From NCBI GenBank assembly GCA_964016885.1, contig OZ024750.1:43214001-43278000 (forward strand): a stretch of DNA of 64,000 bases, given 5' to 3'. The DNA is from Eledone cirrhosa. Taxonomy: Eukaryota. A model generated the notes under the pieces. That model was not told where the DNA came from and did not search any database. It worked only from the letters and a program-made list of their open reading frames with translations. Shown in pieces: positions 21,001 through 42,000 of this stretch. Made by a program: the position numbers and the translations under genes. How positions within the stretch are numbered: position 1 is the first letter of the stretch; every line of letters begins with the position of its first letter.

Positions 21001-24000
21001 ACATCAACACACACACATACTTACACAGTCTAACTCACATCTACACACACACACATACTTACACACTCTAACTCACATCTACACACACACACATACTTAC
21101 ACACTCTAACTCACATCTACACACACACACATACTTACACACTCTAACTCACATCAACCCACACACATACTTACACACTTTAACACACATCTACACACAC
21201 ACACATACTTGCACACTCTAACTCACATCTACACACACACATACTTACACACTCTAACTCACATCAACACACACACATACTTACACACTTTAACACACAT
21301 CTACACACACACACATACTTACACACTCTAACACACATCTACACACACACACATACTTACACACTCTAACTCACATCTACACACACACATACTTACACAC
21401 TCTAACTCACATCAACACACACACATACTTACACACTTTAACACACATCTACACACACACACATACTAACACACTCTAACACACATCTACACACACACAC
21501 ATACTTACACACTCTAACTCACATCTACACACACGCATACTTACACACCCTAACTCACATCTACACACACGCATACTTACACACTCTAACTCACATCTAC
21601 ACACACACACATACTTACACACTCTAACTCACATCAACACACACACATACTTACACACTCTAACTCACATCAACACACACACACATACTTACACACTCTA
21701 ACTCACATCAACACACACACACATACTTACACACTCTAACTCACATCTACACACACACATACTTACACACTCTAACTCACATCAACACACACACATACTT
21801 ACACACTTTAACACACATCTACACACACACACATACTTACACACTCTAACACACATCTACACACACACGCATACTTACACACTCTAACTCACATCTACAC
21901 ACACACATACTTACACACTCTAACTCACATCAACACACACACATACTTACACACTTTAACACAGATCTACACACACACACATACTTACACACTCTAACAC
22001 ACATCTACACACACACATACTTACACACTCTAACTCACATCTACACACACACATACTTACACACTCTAACTCATATCAACACACACACATACTTACACAC
22101 TTTAACACACATCTACACACACACACATACTTACACACTCTAACACACATCTACACACACACATACTTACACACTCTAACTCACATCTACACACACACAT
22201 ACTTACACACTCTAACTCACCTGTACACACACACATACTTACACATTTTAACACACATCTACACACCCACACATACTTACACACTCTAACTCACATCTAC
22301 ACACACACATACTTACACACTTTAACACACATCTACACACACACACATACTTACACACTCTAATTCACATCTACACACACACATACTTACACACTTTAAC
22401 ACACATCTACACACACACACATACTTACACACTCTAACTCACATCTACATACACACATACTTACACACTCTAACTCACATCAACACACACACATACTTAC
22501 ACACTTTAACACACATCTACACACACACACATACTTACACACTCTAACACACATCTACACACACACACATACTTACACACTCTAACTCACATCTACACAC
22601 ACACATACTTACACACTCTATCTCACATCTACACCCACACATACTTACACACTCTAACTCACATCAACACACACACATACTTACACACTCTAACTCACAT
22701 CAACACACACACGTACTTACACACTCTAACTTACATCTACACACACACACATACTTACACACTCTAACACACATCTACACACACACACATACTTACACAC
22801 TCTAACTCACATCTACACACACACACATACTTACACAGTCTAACTCACATCTACACACACACACATACTTACACACTCTAACTCACATCTACACACACAC
22901 ACATACTTACACACTCTAATTCACATCTACACACACACACATACTTACACACTCTAACTCACATCTACACACACACACATACTTACACACTCTAACTCAC
23001 ATCAACACACACACATACTTACACACTTTAACACACATCTACACACACACACATACTTACACACTCTAACTCACATCTACACACACACATACTTACACAC
23101 TCTAACTCACATCAAAGAACACACATACTTACACACTTTAACACACATCTACACACACTCACATAATTACACACTCTAACTCACATCAAAGAACACACAT
23201 ACTTACACACTTTAACACACATCTACACACACTCACATAATTACACACTCTAACTCACATCTACACACACACATACTTACACACTCTAACTCACATCAAC
23301 ACACACACATACTTACACACTTTAACACACATCTACACACACACACATACTTACACACTTTAACACACATCTACACACACACACATACTTACACACTCTA
23401 ACTCACATCTACACACACGCATACTTACACACTCTAACTCACATCTACACACACGCATACTTACACACTCTAACTCACATCTACACACACGCATACTTAC
23501 ACACTCTAACACACATCTACACACACACACATACTTACACACTCTAACTCACATCTACACACACGCATACTTACACACTCTAACTCACATCTACACACAC
23601 GCATACTTACACACTCTAACTCACATCTACACACACACACATACTTACACAGTCTAACTCACATCAACACACACACACATACTTACACACTCTATCTCAC
23701 ATCTACACACACACACACATACTTACACACTCTAACTCACATCAACACACACACATACTTACACACTTTAACACACATCTACACACACACATACTTACAC
23801 AATCTAACTCACATCTACACACACACATACTTACACACTCTAACTCACATCAACACACACACATACTTACACACTTTAACACACATCTACACACACACAC
23901 ATACTTACACACTCTAACACACATCTACACACACACACATACGTACACACTCTAACTCACATCTACACACACACATACTTACACACTCTAACTCACATCA

Positions 24001-27000
24001 ACACACACACATACTTACACACTTTAACACACATCTACACACACACACATACTTACACACTCTAACACACATCTACACACACACATACTTACACACCCTA
24101 ACTCACATCTACACACACACATACTTACACACTCTAACTCACATCAACACACACACATACTTACACACTTTAACACACATCTACACACACACACATACTT
24201 ACACACTCTAACTCACATCTACACACACACATACTTACACACTCTAACTCACATCTACACACACGCATACATACACACTCTAACTCACATCAACACACAC
24301 ACATACTTACACATTTTAACACACATCTACACACACACACATACTTACACACTCTAACTCACATCTACACACACACATACTTACACACTCTAACTCACAT
24401 CAACACACACACATACTTACACACTTTAACACACATCTACACACACACACATACTTACACACTCTAACTCACATCTACACACACACACACTTACACATTC
24501 TAACTCACATCAACACACACACATACTTACACACTCTAACTCACATCTACACACACACATACTTACACACTCTAACACACATCTACACACACACACATAC
24601 TTACACACTCTAACACACATCTACACACACACATACTTACACACTCTAACTCACATCTACACACACACACATACTTACACACTCTTACTCACATCTACAC
24701 ACACACATACTTACTTACACACTCTAACTCACATCTACACACACACATACTTACACACTCTAACTCACATCAACAGACACACATACTTACACACTCTAAC
24801 TCACATCAACACACACACACATACTTACACACTCTAACTCACATCTACACACACACACATACTTACACACTCTAACTCACATCTACACACACGCACATAC
24901 TTACACACTCTAACTCACATCTACACACACACATACTTACACACTCTAACTCACATCAACACACACACATACTTACACACTTTAACACACATCTACACAC
25001 ACACACATACTTACACACTTTAACACACATCTACACACACACACATACTAACACACTCTAACACACATCTACACACACACACATACTTACACACTCTAAC
25101 TCACATCTACACACACGCATACTTACACACCCTAACTCACATCTACACACACGCATACTTACACACTCTAACTCACATCTACACACACACACATACTTAC
25201 ACACTCTAACTCACATCAACACACACACATACTTACACACTCTAACTCACATCAACACACACACACATACTTACACACTCTAACTCACATCAACACACAC
25301 ACACATACTTACACACTCTAACTCACATCTACACACACACATACTTACACACTCTAACTCACATCAACACACACACATACTTACACACTTTAACACACAT
25401 CTACACACACACACATACTTACACACTCTAACACACATCTACACACACACGCATACTTACACACTCTAACTCACATCTACACACACACATACTTACACAC
25501 TCTAACTCACATCAACACACACACATACTTACACACTTTAACACAGATCTACACACACACACATACTTACACACTCTAACACACATCTACACACACACAT
25601 ACTTACACACTCTAACTCACATCTACACACACACATACTTACACACTCTAACTCATATCAACACACACACATACTTACACACTTTAACACACATCTACAC
25701 ACACACACATACTTACACACTCTAACACACATCTACACACACACATACTTACACACTCTAACTCACATCTACACACACACATACTTACACACTCTAAATC
25801 ACATGTACACACACACATACTTACACATTTTAACACACATCTACACACCCACACATACTTACACACTCTAACTCACATCTACACACACACATACTTACAC
25901 ACTTTAACACACATCTACACACACACACATACTTACACACTCTAATTCACATCTACACACACACATACTTACACACTTTAACACACATCTACACACACAC
26001 ACATTCTTACACACTCTAACTCACATCTACACACACACATACTTACACACTCTAACTCACATCAACACACACACATACTTACACACTTTAACACACATCT
26101 ACACACACACACATACTTACACACTCTAACACACATCTACACACACACACATACTTACATATTCTAACTCACATCTACACACACACATACTTACACACTC
26201 TATCTCACATCTACACCCACACATACTTACACACTCTAACTCACATCAACACACACACATACTTACACACACTAACTCACATCAACACACACACGTACTT
26301 ACACACTCTAACTTACATCTACACACACACACATACTTACACACTCTAACTCACATCTACACACACACACATACTTACACACTCTAACTCACATCTACAC
26401 ACACACACATACTTACACAGTCTAACTCACATCTACACACACACACATACTCACACACTCTAACTCACATCTACACACACACACATACTTACACACTCTA
26501 ATTCACATCTACACACACACACATACTTACACACTCTAACTCACATCTACACACACACACATACTTACACACTCTAACTCACATCAACACACACACATAC
26601 TTACACACTTTAACACACATCTACACACAAACACATACTTACACACTCTAACTCACATCTACACACACACATACTTACACACTCTAACTCACATCAAAGA
26701 ACACACATACTTACACACTTTAACACGCATCTACACACACTCACATAATTACACACTCTAACTCACATCTACACACACACATACTTACACACTCTAACTC
26801 ACATCAACACACACACATACTTACACACTTTAACACACATCTACACACACACACATACTTACACACTCTAACACACATCTACACACACACACATACTTAC
26901 ACACTCTAACTCACATCTACACACACGCATACTTACACACTCTAACTCACATCTACACACACGCATACTTACACACTCTAACTCACATCTACACACACGC

Positions 27001-30000
27001 ATACTTACACACTCTAACACACATCTACACACACACACATACTTACACACTCTAACTCACATCTACACACACGCATACTTACACACTCTAACTCACATCT
27101 ACACACACGCATACTTACACACTCTAACTCACATCTACACACACACACATACTTACACACTCTAACTCACATCAACACACACACACATACTTACACACTC
27201 TAACTCACATCTACACACACACACACATACTTACACACTCTAACTCACATCAACACACACACATACTTACACACTTTAACACACATCTACACACACACAT
27301 ACTTACACAATCTAACTCACATCTACACACACACATACTTACACACTCTAACTCACATCAACACACACACATACTTACACACTTTAACACACATCTACAC
27401 ACACACACATACTTACACACTCTAACACACATCTACACACACACACATACTTACACACTCTAACTCACATCTACACACACACATACTTACACACTCTAAC
27501 TCACATCAACACACACACATACTTACACACTTTAACACACATCTACACACACACACATACTTACACACTCTAACTCACATCTACACACACACACATACTT
27601 ACACACTCTAACACACATCTACACACACACATACTTACACACCCTAACTCACATCTACACACACACATACTTACACACTTTAACACACATCTACACACAC
27701 ACAGATGCCTACACACTCTATCTCACATCTACACACACACATACTTACACACTCTAACTCACATCAACACACACACATACTTACACACTTTAACACACAT
27801 CTACACACACACACATACTTACACACTCTAACACACATCTACACACATACTTACGCACTCTAACTCACATCTACACACACACATACTTACACACTCTAAC
27901 TCACATCAACACACACACATACTTACACATTTTAACACACATCTACACACACACACATACTTACACACTCTAACACACATCTACACACACACATACTTAC
28001 ACACTCTAACTCACATCTACACACACACATACTTACGCACTCTAACTCACATCAACACACACACATACTTACACACTTTAACACACATCTACACACACAC
28101 ACATACTTACACACTCTAACACACATCTACATACACACATACTTACACACTCTAACTCATATCAACACACACACATACTTACACACTTTAACACACATCT
28201 ACACACACACACATACTTACACACTCTAACTCACATCTACACACACGCATACTTACACACTCTAACTCACATCTACACACACGCATACTTACACACTCTA
28301 ACTCACATCTACACACACGCATACTTACACACTCTAACACACATCTACACACACACACATACTTACACACTCTAACTCACATCTACACACACGCATACTT
28401 ACACACTCTAACTCACATCTACACACACGCATACTTACACACTCTAACTCACATCTACACACACACACATACTTACACACTCTAACTCACATCAACACAC
28501 ACACACATACTTACACACTCTAACTCACATCTACACACACACACACATACTTACACACTCTAACTCACATCAACACACACACATACTTACACACTTTAAC
28601 ACACATCTACACACACACATACTTACACAATCTAACTCACATCTACACACACACATACTTACACACTCTAACTCACATCAACACACACACATACTTACAC
28701 ACTTTAACACACATCTACACACACACACATTCTTACACACTCTAACTCACATCTACACACACACATACTTACACACTCTAACTCACATCAACACACACAC
28801 ATACTTACACACTTTAACACACATCTACACACACACACATACTTACACACTCTAACACACATCTACACACACACACATACTTACATATTCTAACTCACAT
28901 CTACACACACACATACTTACACACTCTATCTCACATCTACACCCACACATACTTACACACTCTAACTCACATCAACACACACACATACTTACACACACTA
29001 ACTCACATCAACACACACACGTACTTACACACTCTAACTTACATCTACACACACACACATACTTACACACTCTAACTCACATCTACACACACACACATAC
29101 TTACACACTCTAACTCACATCTACACACACACACATACTTACACAGTCTAACTCACATCTACACACACACACATACTCACACACTCTAACTCACATCTAC
29201 ACACACACACATACTTACACACTCTAATTCACATCTACACACACACACATACTTACACACTCTAACTCACATCTACACACACACACATACTTACACACTC
29301 TAACTCACATCAACACACACACATACTTACACACTTTAACACACATCTACACACAAACACATACTTACACACTCTAACTCACATCTACACACACACATAC
29401 TTACACACTCTAACTCACATCAAAGAACACACATACTTACACACTTTAACACGCATCTACACACACTCACATAATTACACACTCTAACTCACATCTACAC
29501 ACACACATACTTACACACTCTAACTCACATCAACACACACACATACTTACACACTTTAACACACATCTACACACACACACATACTTACACACTCTAACAC
29601 ACATCTACACACACACACATACTTACACACTCTAACTCACATCTACACACACGCATACTTACACACTCTAACTCACATCTACACACACGCATACTTACAC
29701 ACTCTAACTCACATCTACACACACGCATACTTACACACTCTAACACACATCTACACACACACACATACTTACACACTCTAACTCACATCTACACACACGC
29801 ATACTTACACACTCTAACTCACATCTACACACACGCATACTTACACACTCTAACTCACATCTACACACACACACATACTTACACACTCTAACTCACATCA
29901 ACACACACACACATACTTACACACTCTAACTCACATCTACACACACACACACATACTTACACACTCTAACTCACATCAACACACACACATACTTACACAC

Positions 30001-33000
30001 TTTAACACACATCTACACACACACATACTTACACAATCTAACTCACATCTACACACACACATACTTACACACTCTAACTCACATCAACACACACACATAC
30101 TTACACACTTTAACACACATCTACACACACACACATACTTACACACTCTAACACACATCTACACACACACACATACTTACACACTCTAACTCACATCTAC
30201 ACACACACATACTTACACACTCTAACTCACATCAACACACACACATACTTACACACTTTAACACACATCTACACACACACACATACTTACACACTCTAAC
30301 TCACATCTACACACACACACATACTTACACACTCTAACACACATCTACACACACACATACTTACACACCCTAACTCACATCTACACACACACATACTTAC
30401 ACACTTTAACACACATCTACACACACACAGATGCCTACACACTCTAACTCACATCTACACACACACATACTTACACACTCTAACTCACATCAACACACAC
30501 ACATACTTACACACTTTAACACACATCTACACACACACACATACTTACACACTCTAACACACATCTACACACATACTTACGCACTCTAACTCACATCTAC
30601 ACACACACATACTTACACACTCTAACTCACATCAACACACACACATACTTACACATTTTAACACACATCTACACACACACACATACTTACACACTCTAAC
30701 ACACATCTACACACACACATACTTACACACTCTAACTCACATCTACACACACACATACTTACACACTCTAACTCACATCAACACACACACATACTTACAC
30801 ACTTTAACACACATCTACACACACACACATACTTACACACTCTAACACACATCTACATACACACATACTTACACACTCTAACTCATATCAACACACACAC
30901 ATACTTACACACTTTAACACACATCTACACACACACACATACTTACACACTCTAACTCACATCTACACACACGCATACTTACACACTCTAACTCACATCT
31001 ACACACACGCATACTTACACACTCTAACTCACATCTACACACACGCATACTTACACACTCTAACACACATCTACACACACACACATACTTACACACTCTA
31101 ACTCACATCTACACACACGCATACTTACACACTCTAACTCACATCTACACACACGCATACTTACACACTCTAACTCACATCTACACACACACACATACTT
31201 ACACACTCTAACTCACATCAACACACACACACATACTTACACACTCTAACTCACATCTACACACACACACACATACTTACACACTCTAACTCACATCAAC
31301 ACACACACATACTTACACACTTTAACACACATCTACACACACACATACTTACACAATCTAACTCACATCTACACACACACATACTTACACACTCTAACTC
31401 ACATCAACACACACACATACTTACACACTTTAACACACATCTACACACACACACATACTTACACACTCTAACACACATCTACACACACACACATACTTAC
31501 ACACTCTAACTCACATCTACACACACACATACTTACACACTCTAACTCACATCAACACACACACATACTTACACACTTTAACACACATCTACACACACAC
31601 ACATACTTACACACTCTAACTCACATCTACACACACACACATACTTACACACTCTAACACACATCTACACACACACATACTTACACACCCTAACTCACAT
31701 CTACACACACACATACTTACACACTTTAACACACATCTACACACACACAGATGCCTACACACTCTAACTCACATCTACACACACACATACTTACACACTC
31801 TAACTCACATCAACACACACACATACTTACACACTTTAACACACATCTACACACACACACATACTTACACACTCTAACACACATCTACACACATACTTAC
31901 GCACTCTAACTCACATCTACACACACACATACTTACACACTCTAACTCACATCAACACACACACATACTTACACATTTTAACACACATCTACACACACAC
32001 ATACTTACACACTCTAACACACATCTACACACACACATACTTACACACTCTAACTCACATCTACACACACACATACTTACACACTCTAACTCACATCAAC
32101 ACACACACATACTTACACACTTTAACACACATCTACAAACACACACATACTTACACACTCTAACACACATCTACATACACACATACTTACACACTCTAAC
32201 TCACATCTACACACACACATACTTACACACTCTAACTCATATCAACACACACACATACTTACACACTTTAACACACATCTACACACACACACATACTTAC
32301 ACACTCTAACTCACATCTACACACACACATACTTACACACTCTAACTCACATCAACACACACACATACTTACACACTTTAACACACATCTACACACACAC
32401 ACATACTTACACACTCTAACACACATCTACACACACACATACTTACACACTCTAACTCACATCTACACACACGAACTTACACACTCTAACTCACATCTAC
32501 ACACACACATACTTACACACTCTAACTCACATCAACACACACACATACTTACACACTCTAACACACATCAACACACACACATACTTACACACTTTAACAC
32601 ACATCTACACACACACACATACTTACACACTCTAACTCACATCTACACACACACATACTACACACTCTAACTCACATCAACACACACACATACTTACACA
32701 CTTTAACACACATCTACACACACACACATACTTACACACTCTAACACACATGTACACACACACACACATACTTACACACTCTAACTCACATCTACACACA
32801 CACATACTTACACACTCTAACTCACATCAACACACACACATACTTACACACTTTAACACACATCTACACACACACACATACTTACACACTCTAACACACA
32901 TCTACACACACACACATACTTACACACTCTAACTCACATCTACACACACACATACTTACACACTCTAACTCACATCAACACACACACATACTTACACACT

Positions 33001-36000
33001 CTAACTCATATCAACACACACACGTACTTACACACTCTAACTCACATCTACACACACACACATCCTTACACACTCTAACTCACATCTACACACACACACA
33101 TACTTACACACTTTAACACACATCTACACACACACACATACTTACACACTCTAACTCACATCTACACACACACATACTTACACACTCTAACTCACATCAA
33201 CACACACACATACTTACACACTCTAACTCACATCTACACACACACATACTTACACACTCTAACTCACATCTACACACACACACATACTTACACACTCTAA
33301 CTCACATCAACACACACACATACTTACACACTTTAACACACATCAACACACACACACATACTTACACACTCTAACTCACATCTACACACACATACTTACA
33401 CACTCTAACTCACATCAACACGCACACATACTTACACACTCTAACTCACATCTACACACACACACATACTTACACACTCTAACTCACATCAACACACACA
33501 CATACTTACACAGTCTAACTCACATCTACACACACACACATACTTACACACTCTAACTCACATCTACACACACACACATACTTACACACTCTAACTCACA
33601 TCTACACACACACACATACTTACACACTCTAACTCACATCTACACACACACACATACTTACACACTCTAACTCACATCAACCCACACACATACTTACACA
33701 CTTTAACACACATCTACACACACACACACATACTTGCACACTCTAACTCACATCTACACACACACATACTTACACACTCTAACTCACATCAACACACACA
33801 CATACTTACACACTTTAACACACATCTACACACACACACATACTTACACACTCTAACACACATCTACACACACACACATACTTACACACTCTAACTCACA
33901 TCTACACACACACATACTTACACACTCTAACTCACATCAACACACACACATACTTACACACTTTAACACACATCTACACACACACACATACTAACACACT
34001 CTAACACACATCTACACACACACACATACTTACACACTCTAACTCACATCTACACACACACATACTACACACTCTAACTCACATCAACACACACACATAC
34101 TTACACACTTTAACACACATCTACACACACACACATACTTACACACTCTAACACACATGTACACACACACACACATACTTACACACTCTAACTCACATCT
34201 ACACACACACATACTTACACACTCTAACTCACATCAACACACACACATACTTACACACTTTAACACACATCTACACACACACACATACTTACACACTCTA
34301 ACACACATCTACACACACACACATACTTACACACTCTAACTCACATCTACACACACACATACTTACACACTCTAACTCACATCAACACACACACATACTT
34401 ACACACTCTAACTCATATCAACACACACACGTACTTACACACTCTAACTCACATCTACACACACACACATCCTTACACACTCTAACTCACATCTACACAC
34501 ACACACATACTTACACACTTTAACACACATCTACACACACACACATACTTACACACTCTAACTCACATCTACACACACACATACTTACACACTCTAACTC
34601 ACATCAACACACACACATACTTACACACTCTAACTCACATCTACACACACACATACTTACACACTCTAACTCACATCTACACACACACACATACTTACAC
34701 ACTCTAACTCACATCAACACACACACATACTTACACACTTTAACACACATCAACACACACACACATACTTACACACTCTAACTCACATCTACACACACAT
34801 ACTTACACACTCTAACTCACATCAACACGCACACATACTTACACACTCTAACTCACATCTACACACACACACATACTTACACACTCTAACTCACATCAAC
34901 ACACACACATACTTACACAGTCTAACTCACATCTACACACACACACATACTTACACACTCTAACTCACATCTACACACACACACATACTTACACACTCTA
35001 ACTCACATCTACACACACACACATACTTACACACTCTAACTCACATCTACACACACACACATACTTACACACTCTAACTCACATCAACCCACACACATAC
35101 TTACACACTTTAACACACATCTACACACACACACACATACTTGCACACTCTAACTCACATCTACACACACACATACTTACACACTCTAACTCACATCAAC
35201 ACACACACATACTTACACACTTTAACACACATCTACACACACACACATACTTACACACTCTAACACACATCTACACACACACACATACTTACACACTCTA
35301 ACTCACATCTACACACACACATACTTACACACTCTAACTCACATCAACACACACACATACTTACACACTTTAACACACATCTACACACACACACATACTA
35401 ACACACTCTAACACACATCTACACACACACACATACTTACACACTCTAACTCACATCTACACACACGCATACTTACACACCCTAACTCACATCTACACAC
35501 ACGCATACTTACACACTCTAACTCACATCTACACACACACACATACTTACACACTCTAACTCACATCAACACACACACATACTTACACACTCTAACTCAC
35601 ATCAACACACACACACATACTTACACACTCTAACTCACATCAACACACACACACATACTTACACACTCTAACTCACATCTACACACACACATACTTACAC
35701 ACACTAACTCACATCAACACACACACATACTTACACACTTTAACACACATCTACACACACACACATACTTACACACTCTAACACACATCTACACACACAC
35801 GCATACTTACACACTCTAACTCACATCTACACACACACATACTTACACACTCTAACTCACATCAACACACACACATACTTACACACTTTAACACAGATCT
35901 ACACACACACACATACTTACACACTCTAACACACATCTACACACACACATACTTACACACTCTAACTCACATCTACACACACACATACTTACACACTCTA

Positions 36001-39000
36001 ACTCATATCAACACACACACATACTTACACACTTTAACACACATCTACACACACACACATACTTACACACTCTAACACACATCTACACACACACATACTT
36101 ACACACTCTAACTCACATCTACACACACACATACTTACACACTCTAACTCACATGTACACACACACATACTTACACATTTTAACACACATCTACACACCC
36201 ACACATACTTACACACTCTAACTCACATCTACACACACACATACTTACACACTTTAACACACATCTACACACACACACATACTTACACACTCTAATTCAC
36301 ATCTACACACACACATACTTACACACTTTAACACACATCTACACACACACACATACTTACACACTCTAACTCACATCTACACACACACATACTTACACAC
36401 TCTAACTCACATCAACACACACACATACTTACACACTTTAACACACATCTACACACATACACATACTTACACACTCTAACACACATCTACACACACACAC
36501 ATACTTACACATTCTAACTCACATCTACACACACACATACTTACACACTCTATCTCACATCTACACCCACACATGCTTACACACTCTAACTCACATCAAC
36601 ACACACACATACTTACACACACTAACTAACATCAACACACACACGTACTTACACACTCTAACTTACATCTACACACACACACATACTTACACACTCTAAC
36701 TCACATCTACACACACACACACATACTTACACACTCTAACTCACATCTACACACACACACATACTTACACAGTCTAACTCACATCTACACACACACACAT
36801 ACTTACACACTCTAACTCACATCTACACACACACACATACTTACACACTCTAATTCACATCTACACACACACACATACTTACACACTCTAACTCACATCT
36901 ACACACACACACATACTTACACACTCTAACTCACATCAACACACACACATACTTACACACTTTAACACACATCTACACACACACACATACTTACACACTC
37001 TAACTCACATCTACACACACACATACTTACACACTCTAACTCACATCAAAGAACACACATACTTACACACTTTAACACACATCTACACACACTCACATAA
37101 TTACACACTCTAACTCACATCTACACACACACATACTTACACACTCTAACTCACATCAACACACACACATACTTACACACTTTAACACACATCTACACAC
37201 ACACACATACTTACACACTCTAACACACATCTACACACACACACATACTTATACACTCTAACTCACATCTACACACACGCATACTTACACACTCTAACTC
37301 ACATCTACACACACGCATACTTACACACTCTAACTCACATCTACACACACGCATACTTACACACTCTAACACACATCTACACACACACACATACTTACAC
37401 ACTCTAACTCACATCTACACACACGCATACTTACACACTCTAACTCACATCTACACACACGCATACTTACACACTCTAACTCACATCTACACACACACAC
37501 ATACTTACACACTCTAACTCACATCAACACACACACACATACTTACACACTCTAACACACATCTACACACACACATACTTACACACCCTAACTCACATCT
37601 ACACACACACATACTTACACACTCTAACTCACATCAACACACACACATACTTACACACTTTAACACACATCTACACACACACATACTTACACAATCTAAC
37701 TCACATCTACACACACACATACTTACACACTCTAACTCACATCAACACACACACATACTTACACACTTTAACACACATCTACACACACACACATACTTAC
37801 ACACTCTAACACACATCTACACACACACACATACTTACACACTCTAACTCACATCTACACACACACATACTTACACACTCTAACTCACATCAACACACAC
37901 ACATACTTACACACTTTAACACACATCTACACACACACACATACTTACACACTCTAACTCACATCTACACACACACACATACTTACACACTCTAACACAC
38001 ATCTACACACACACATACTTACACACCCTAACTCACATCTACACACACACATACTTACACACTCTAACTCACATCAACACACACACATACTTACACACTT
38101 TAACACACATCTACACACACACACATACTTACACACTCTAACTCACATCTACACACACACATACTTACACACTCTAACTCACATCTACACACACGCATAC
38201 ATACACACTCTAACTCACATCAACACACACACATACTTACACATTTTAACACACATCTACACACACACACATACTTACACACTCTAACTCACATCTACAC
38301 ACACACATACTTACACACTCTAACTCACATCAACACACACACATACTTACACACTTTAACACACATCTACACACACACACATACTTACACACTCTAACTC
38401 ACATCTACACACACACTTACACATTCTAACTCACATCAACACACACACATACTTACACACTTTAACACACATCTACACACACACACACATACTTACACAC
38501 TCTAACACACATCTACACACACACACATACTTACACACTCTAACTCACATCTACACACACGTACTTACACACTCTAAGTCACATCAACACACACACATAC
38601 ACACTCTAACTCACATCAACACAAACACATACTTACACACTCTAACTCACATCTACACACACACACATACTTACACACTCTAACTCACATCTACACACAC
38701 ACACATACTTACACACTCTAACTCACATCTACACACACACACATACTTACACACTCTAACTCACATCTACACACACACACATACTTACACACTCTAACAC
38801 ACATCAACACACACACATACTTACACACTTTAACACACATCTACACACACACACATACTTACACACTCCAACTCACATCTACACACACGCATACTTACAC
38901 ACTCTAACTCACATCTACACACACACACATACTTACACACTCTAACTCACATCAACACACACACATACTTACACACTCTAACTCACATCAACACACACAC

Positions 39001-42000
39001 ACATACTTACACACTCTAACTCACATCTACACACACATACACATACTTACACACTCTAACTCACATCAACACACACACATACTTACACACTTTAACACAC
39101 ATCTACACACACACACACACTTACACACTCTAACTCACATCTACACACACACATACTTACACGCTTTAACACACATCTACACACACACACATACTTACAC
39201 ACTCTAACACACATCTACACACACACATACTTACACACCCTAACTCACATCTACACACACACATACTTACACACTCTAACTCACATCAACACACACACAT
39301 ACTTACACATTTTAACACACATCTACACACACACACATACTTACACACTCTACCTCACATCTACACACACACATACTTACACACTCTAACTCACATCAAC
39401 ACACACACATACTTACACACTTTAACACACATCTACACACACACACATACTTACACACTCTAACTCACATCTACACACACACATACTTACACATTCTAAC
39501 TCACATCAACACACACACATACTTACACACTTTAACACACATCTACACACACACACACATACTTACACACTCTAACACACATCTACACACACACACATAC
39601 TTACACACTCTAACTCACATCTACACACACGTACTTACACACTCTAACTCACATCTACACACACACATACTTACACACTCTAACTCACATCAACACACAC
39701 ACATACTTACACACTCTAACTCACATCAACACACACACGTACTTACACACTCTAACTCACATCAACACACACACATACACACTCTAACTCACATCAACAC
39801 AAACAAATACTTACACACTCTAACTCACATCTACACACACACACATACTTACACACTCTAACTCACATCTACACACACACACATACTTACACACTCTAAC
39901 TCACATCTACACACACACACATACTTACACACTCTAACTCACATCTACACACACACATACTTACACACTCTAACACACATCAACACACACACATACTTAC
40001 ACACTTTAACACACATCTACACACACACACATACTTACACACTCTAACTCACATCTACACACACACATACTACACACTCTAACTCACATCAACACACACA
40101 CATACTTACACACTTTAACACACATCTACACACACACACATACTTACACACTCTAACACACATCTACACACACACACACATACTTACACACTCTAACTCA
40201 CATCTACACACACACATACTTACACACTCTAACTCACATCAACACACACACATACTTACACACTTTAACACACATCTACACACACACACATACTTACACA
40301 CTCTAACACACATCTACACACACACACATACTTACACACTCTAACTCACATCTACACACACACATACTTACACACTCTAACTCACATCAACACACACACA
40401 TACTTACACACTCTAACTCACATCAACACACACACGTACTTACACACTCTAACTCACATCTACACACACACACATCCTTACACACTCTAACTCACATCTA
40501 CACACACACACATACTTACACACTCTAACTCACATCTACATACACACACATACTTACACAGTCTAACTCACATCTACACACACACACATACTTACACACT
40601 CTAACTCACATCTACACACACACACATACTTACACACTCTAACTCACATCTACACACACACACATACTTACACACTCTAACTCACATCTACACACACACA
40701 TACTTACACACTCTAACTCACATCAACACACACACATACTTACACACTTTAACACACATCTACACACACACACATACTTACACACTCTAACTCACATCTA
40801 CACACACACTTACACATTCTAACTCACATCAACACACACACATACTTACACACTTTAACACACATCTACACACACATACTTACACACTCTAACACACATC
40901 TACACACACACACATACTTACACACTCTAACTCACATCTACACACACGTACTTACACACTCTAAGTCACATCAACACACACACATACACACTCTAACTCA
41001 CATCAACACAAACACATACTTACACACTCTAACTCACATCTACACACACACACATACTTACACACTCTAACTCACATCTACACACACACACATACTTACA
41101 CACTCTAACTCACATCTACACACACACACATACTTACACACTCTAACTCACATCTACACACACACATACTTACACACTCTAACACACATCAACACACACA
41201 CATACTTACACACTTTAACACACATCTACACACACACACATACTTACACACTCCAACTCACATCTACACACACGCATACTTACACACTCTAACTCACATC
41301 TACACACACACACATACTTACACACTCTAACTCACATCAACACACACACACATACTTACACACTCTAACTCACATCTACACACACACACACATACTTACA
41401 CACTCTAACTCACATCAACACACACACATACTTACACACTTTAACACACATCTACACACACACACACACTTACACACTCTAACTCACATCTACACACACA
41501 CATACTTACACGCTTTAACACACATCTACACACACACACATACTTACACACTCTAACACACATCTACACACACACATACTTACACACCCTAACTCACATC
41601 TACACACACACATACTTACACACTCTAACTCACATCACCACACACACATACTTACACATTTTAACACACATCTACACACACACACATACTTACACACTCT
41701 AACTCACATCTACACACACACATACTTACACACTCTAACTCACATCTACACACACACATACATACACACTCTAACTCACATCAACACACACACATACTTA
41801 CACATTTTAACACACATCTACACACACACACATACTTACACACTCTACCTCACATCTACACACACACATACTTACACACTCTAACTCACATCAACACACA
41901 CACATACTTACACACTTTAACACACATCTACACACACACACATACTTACACACTCTAACTCACATCTACACACACACATACTTACACATTCTAACTCACA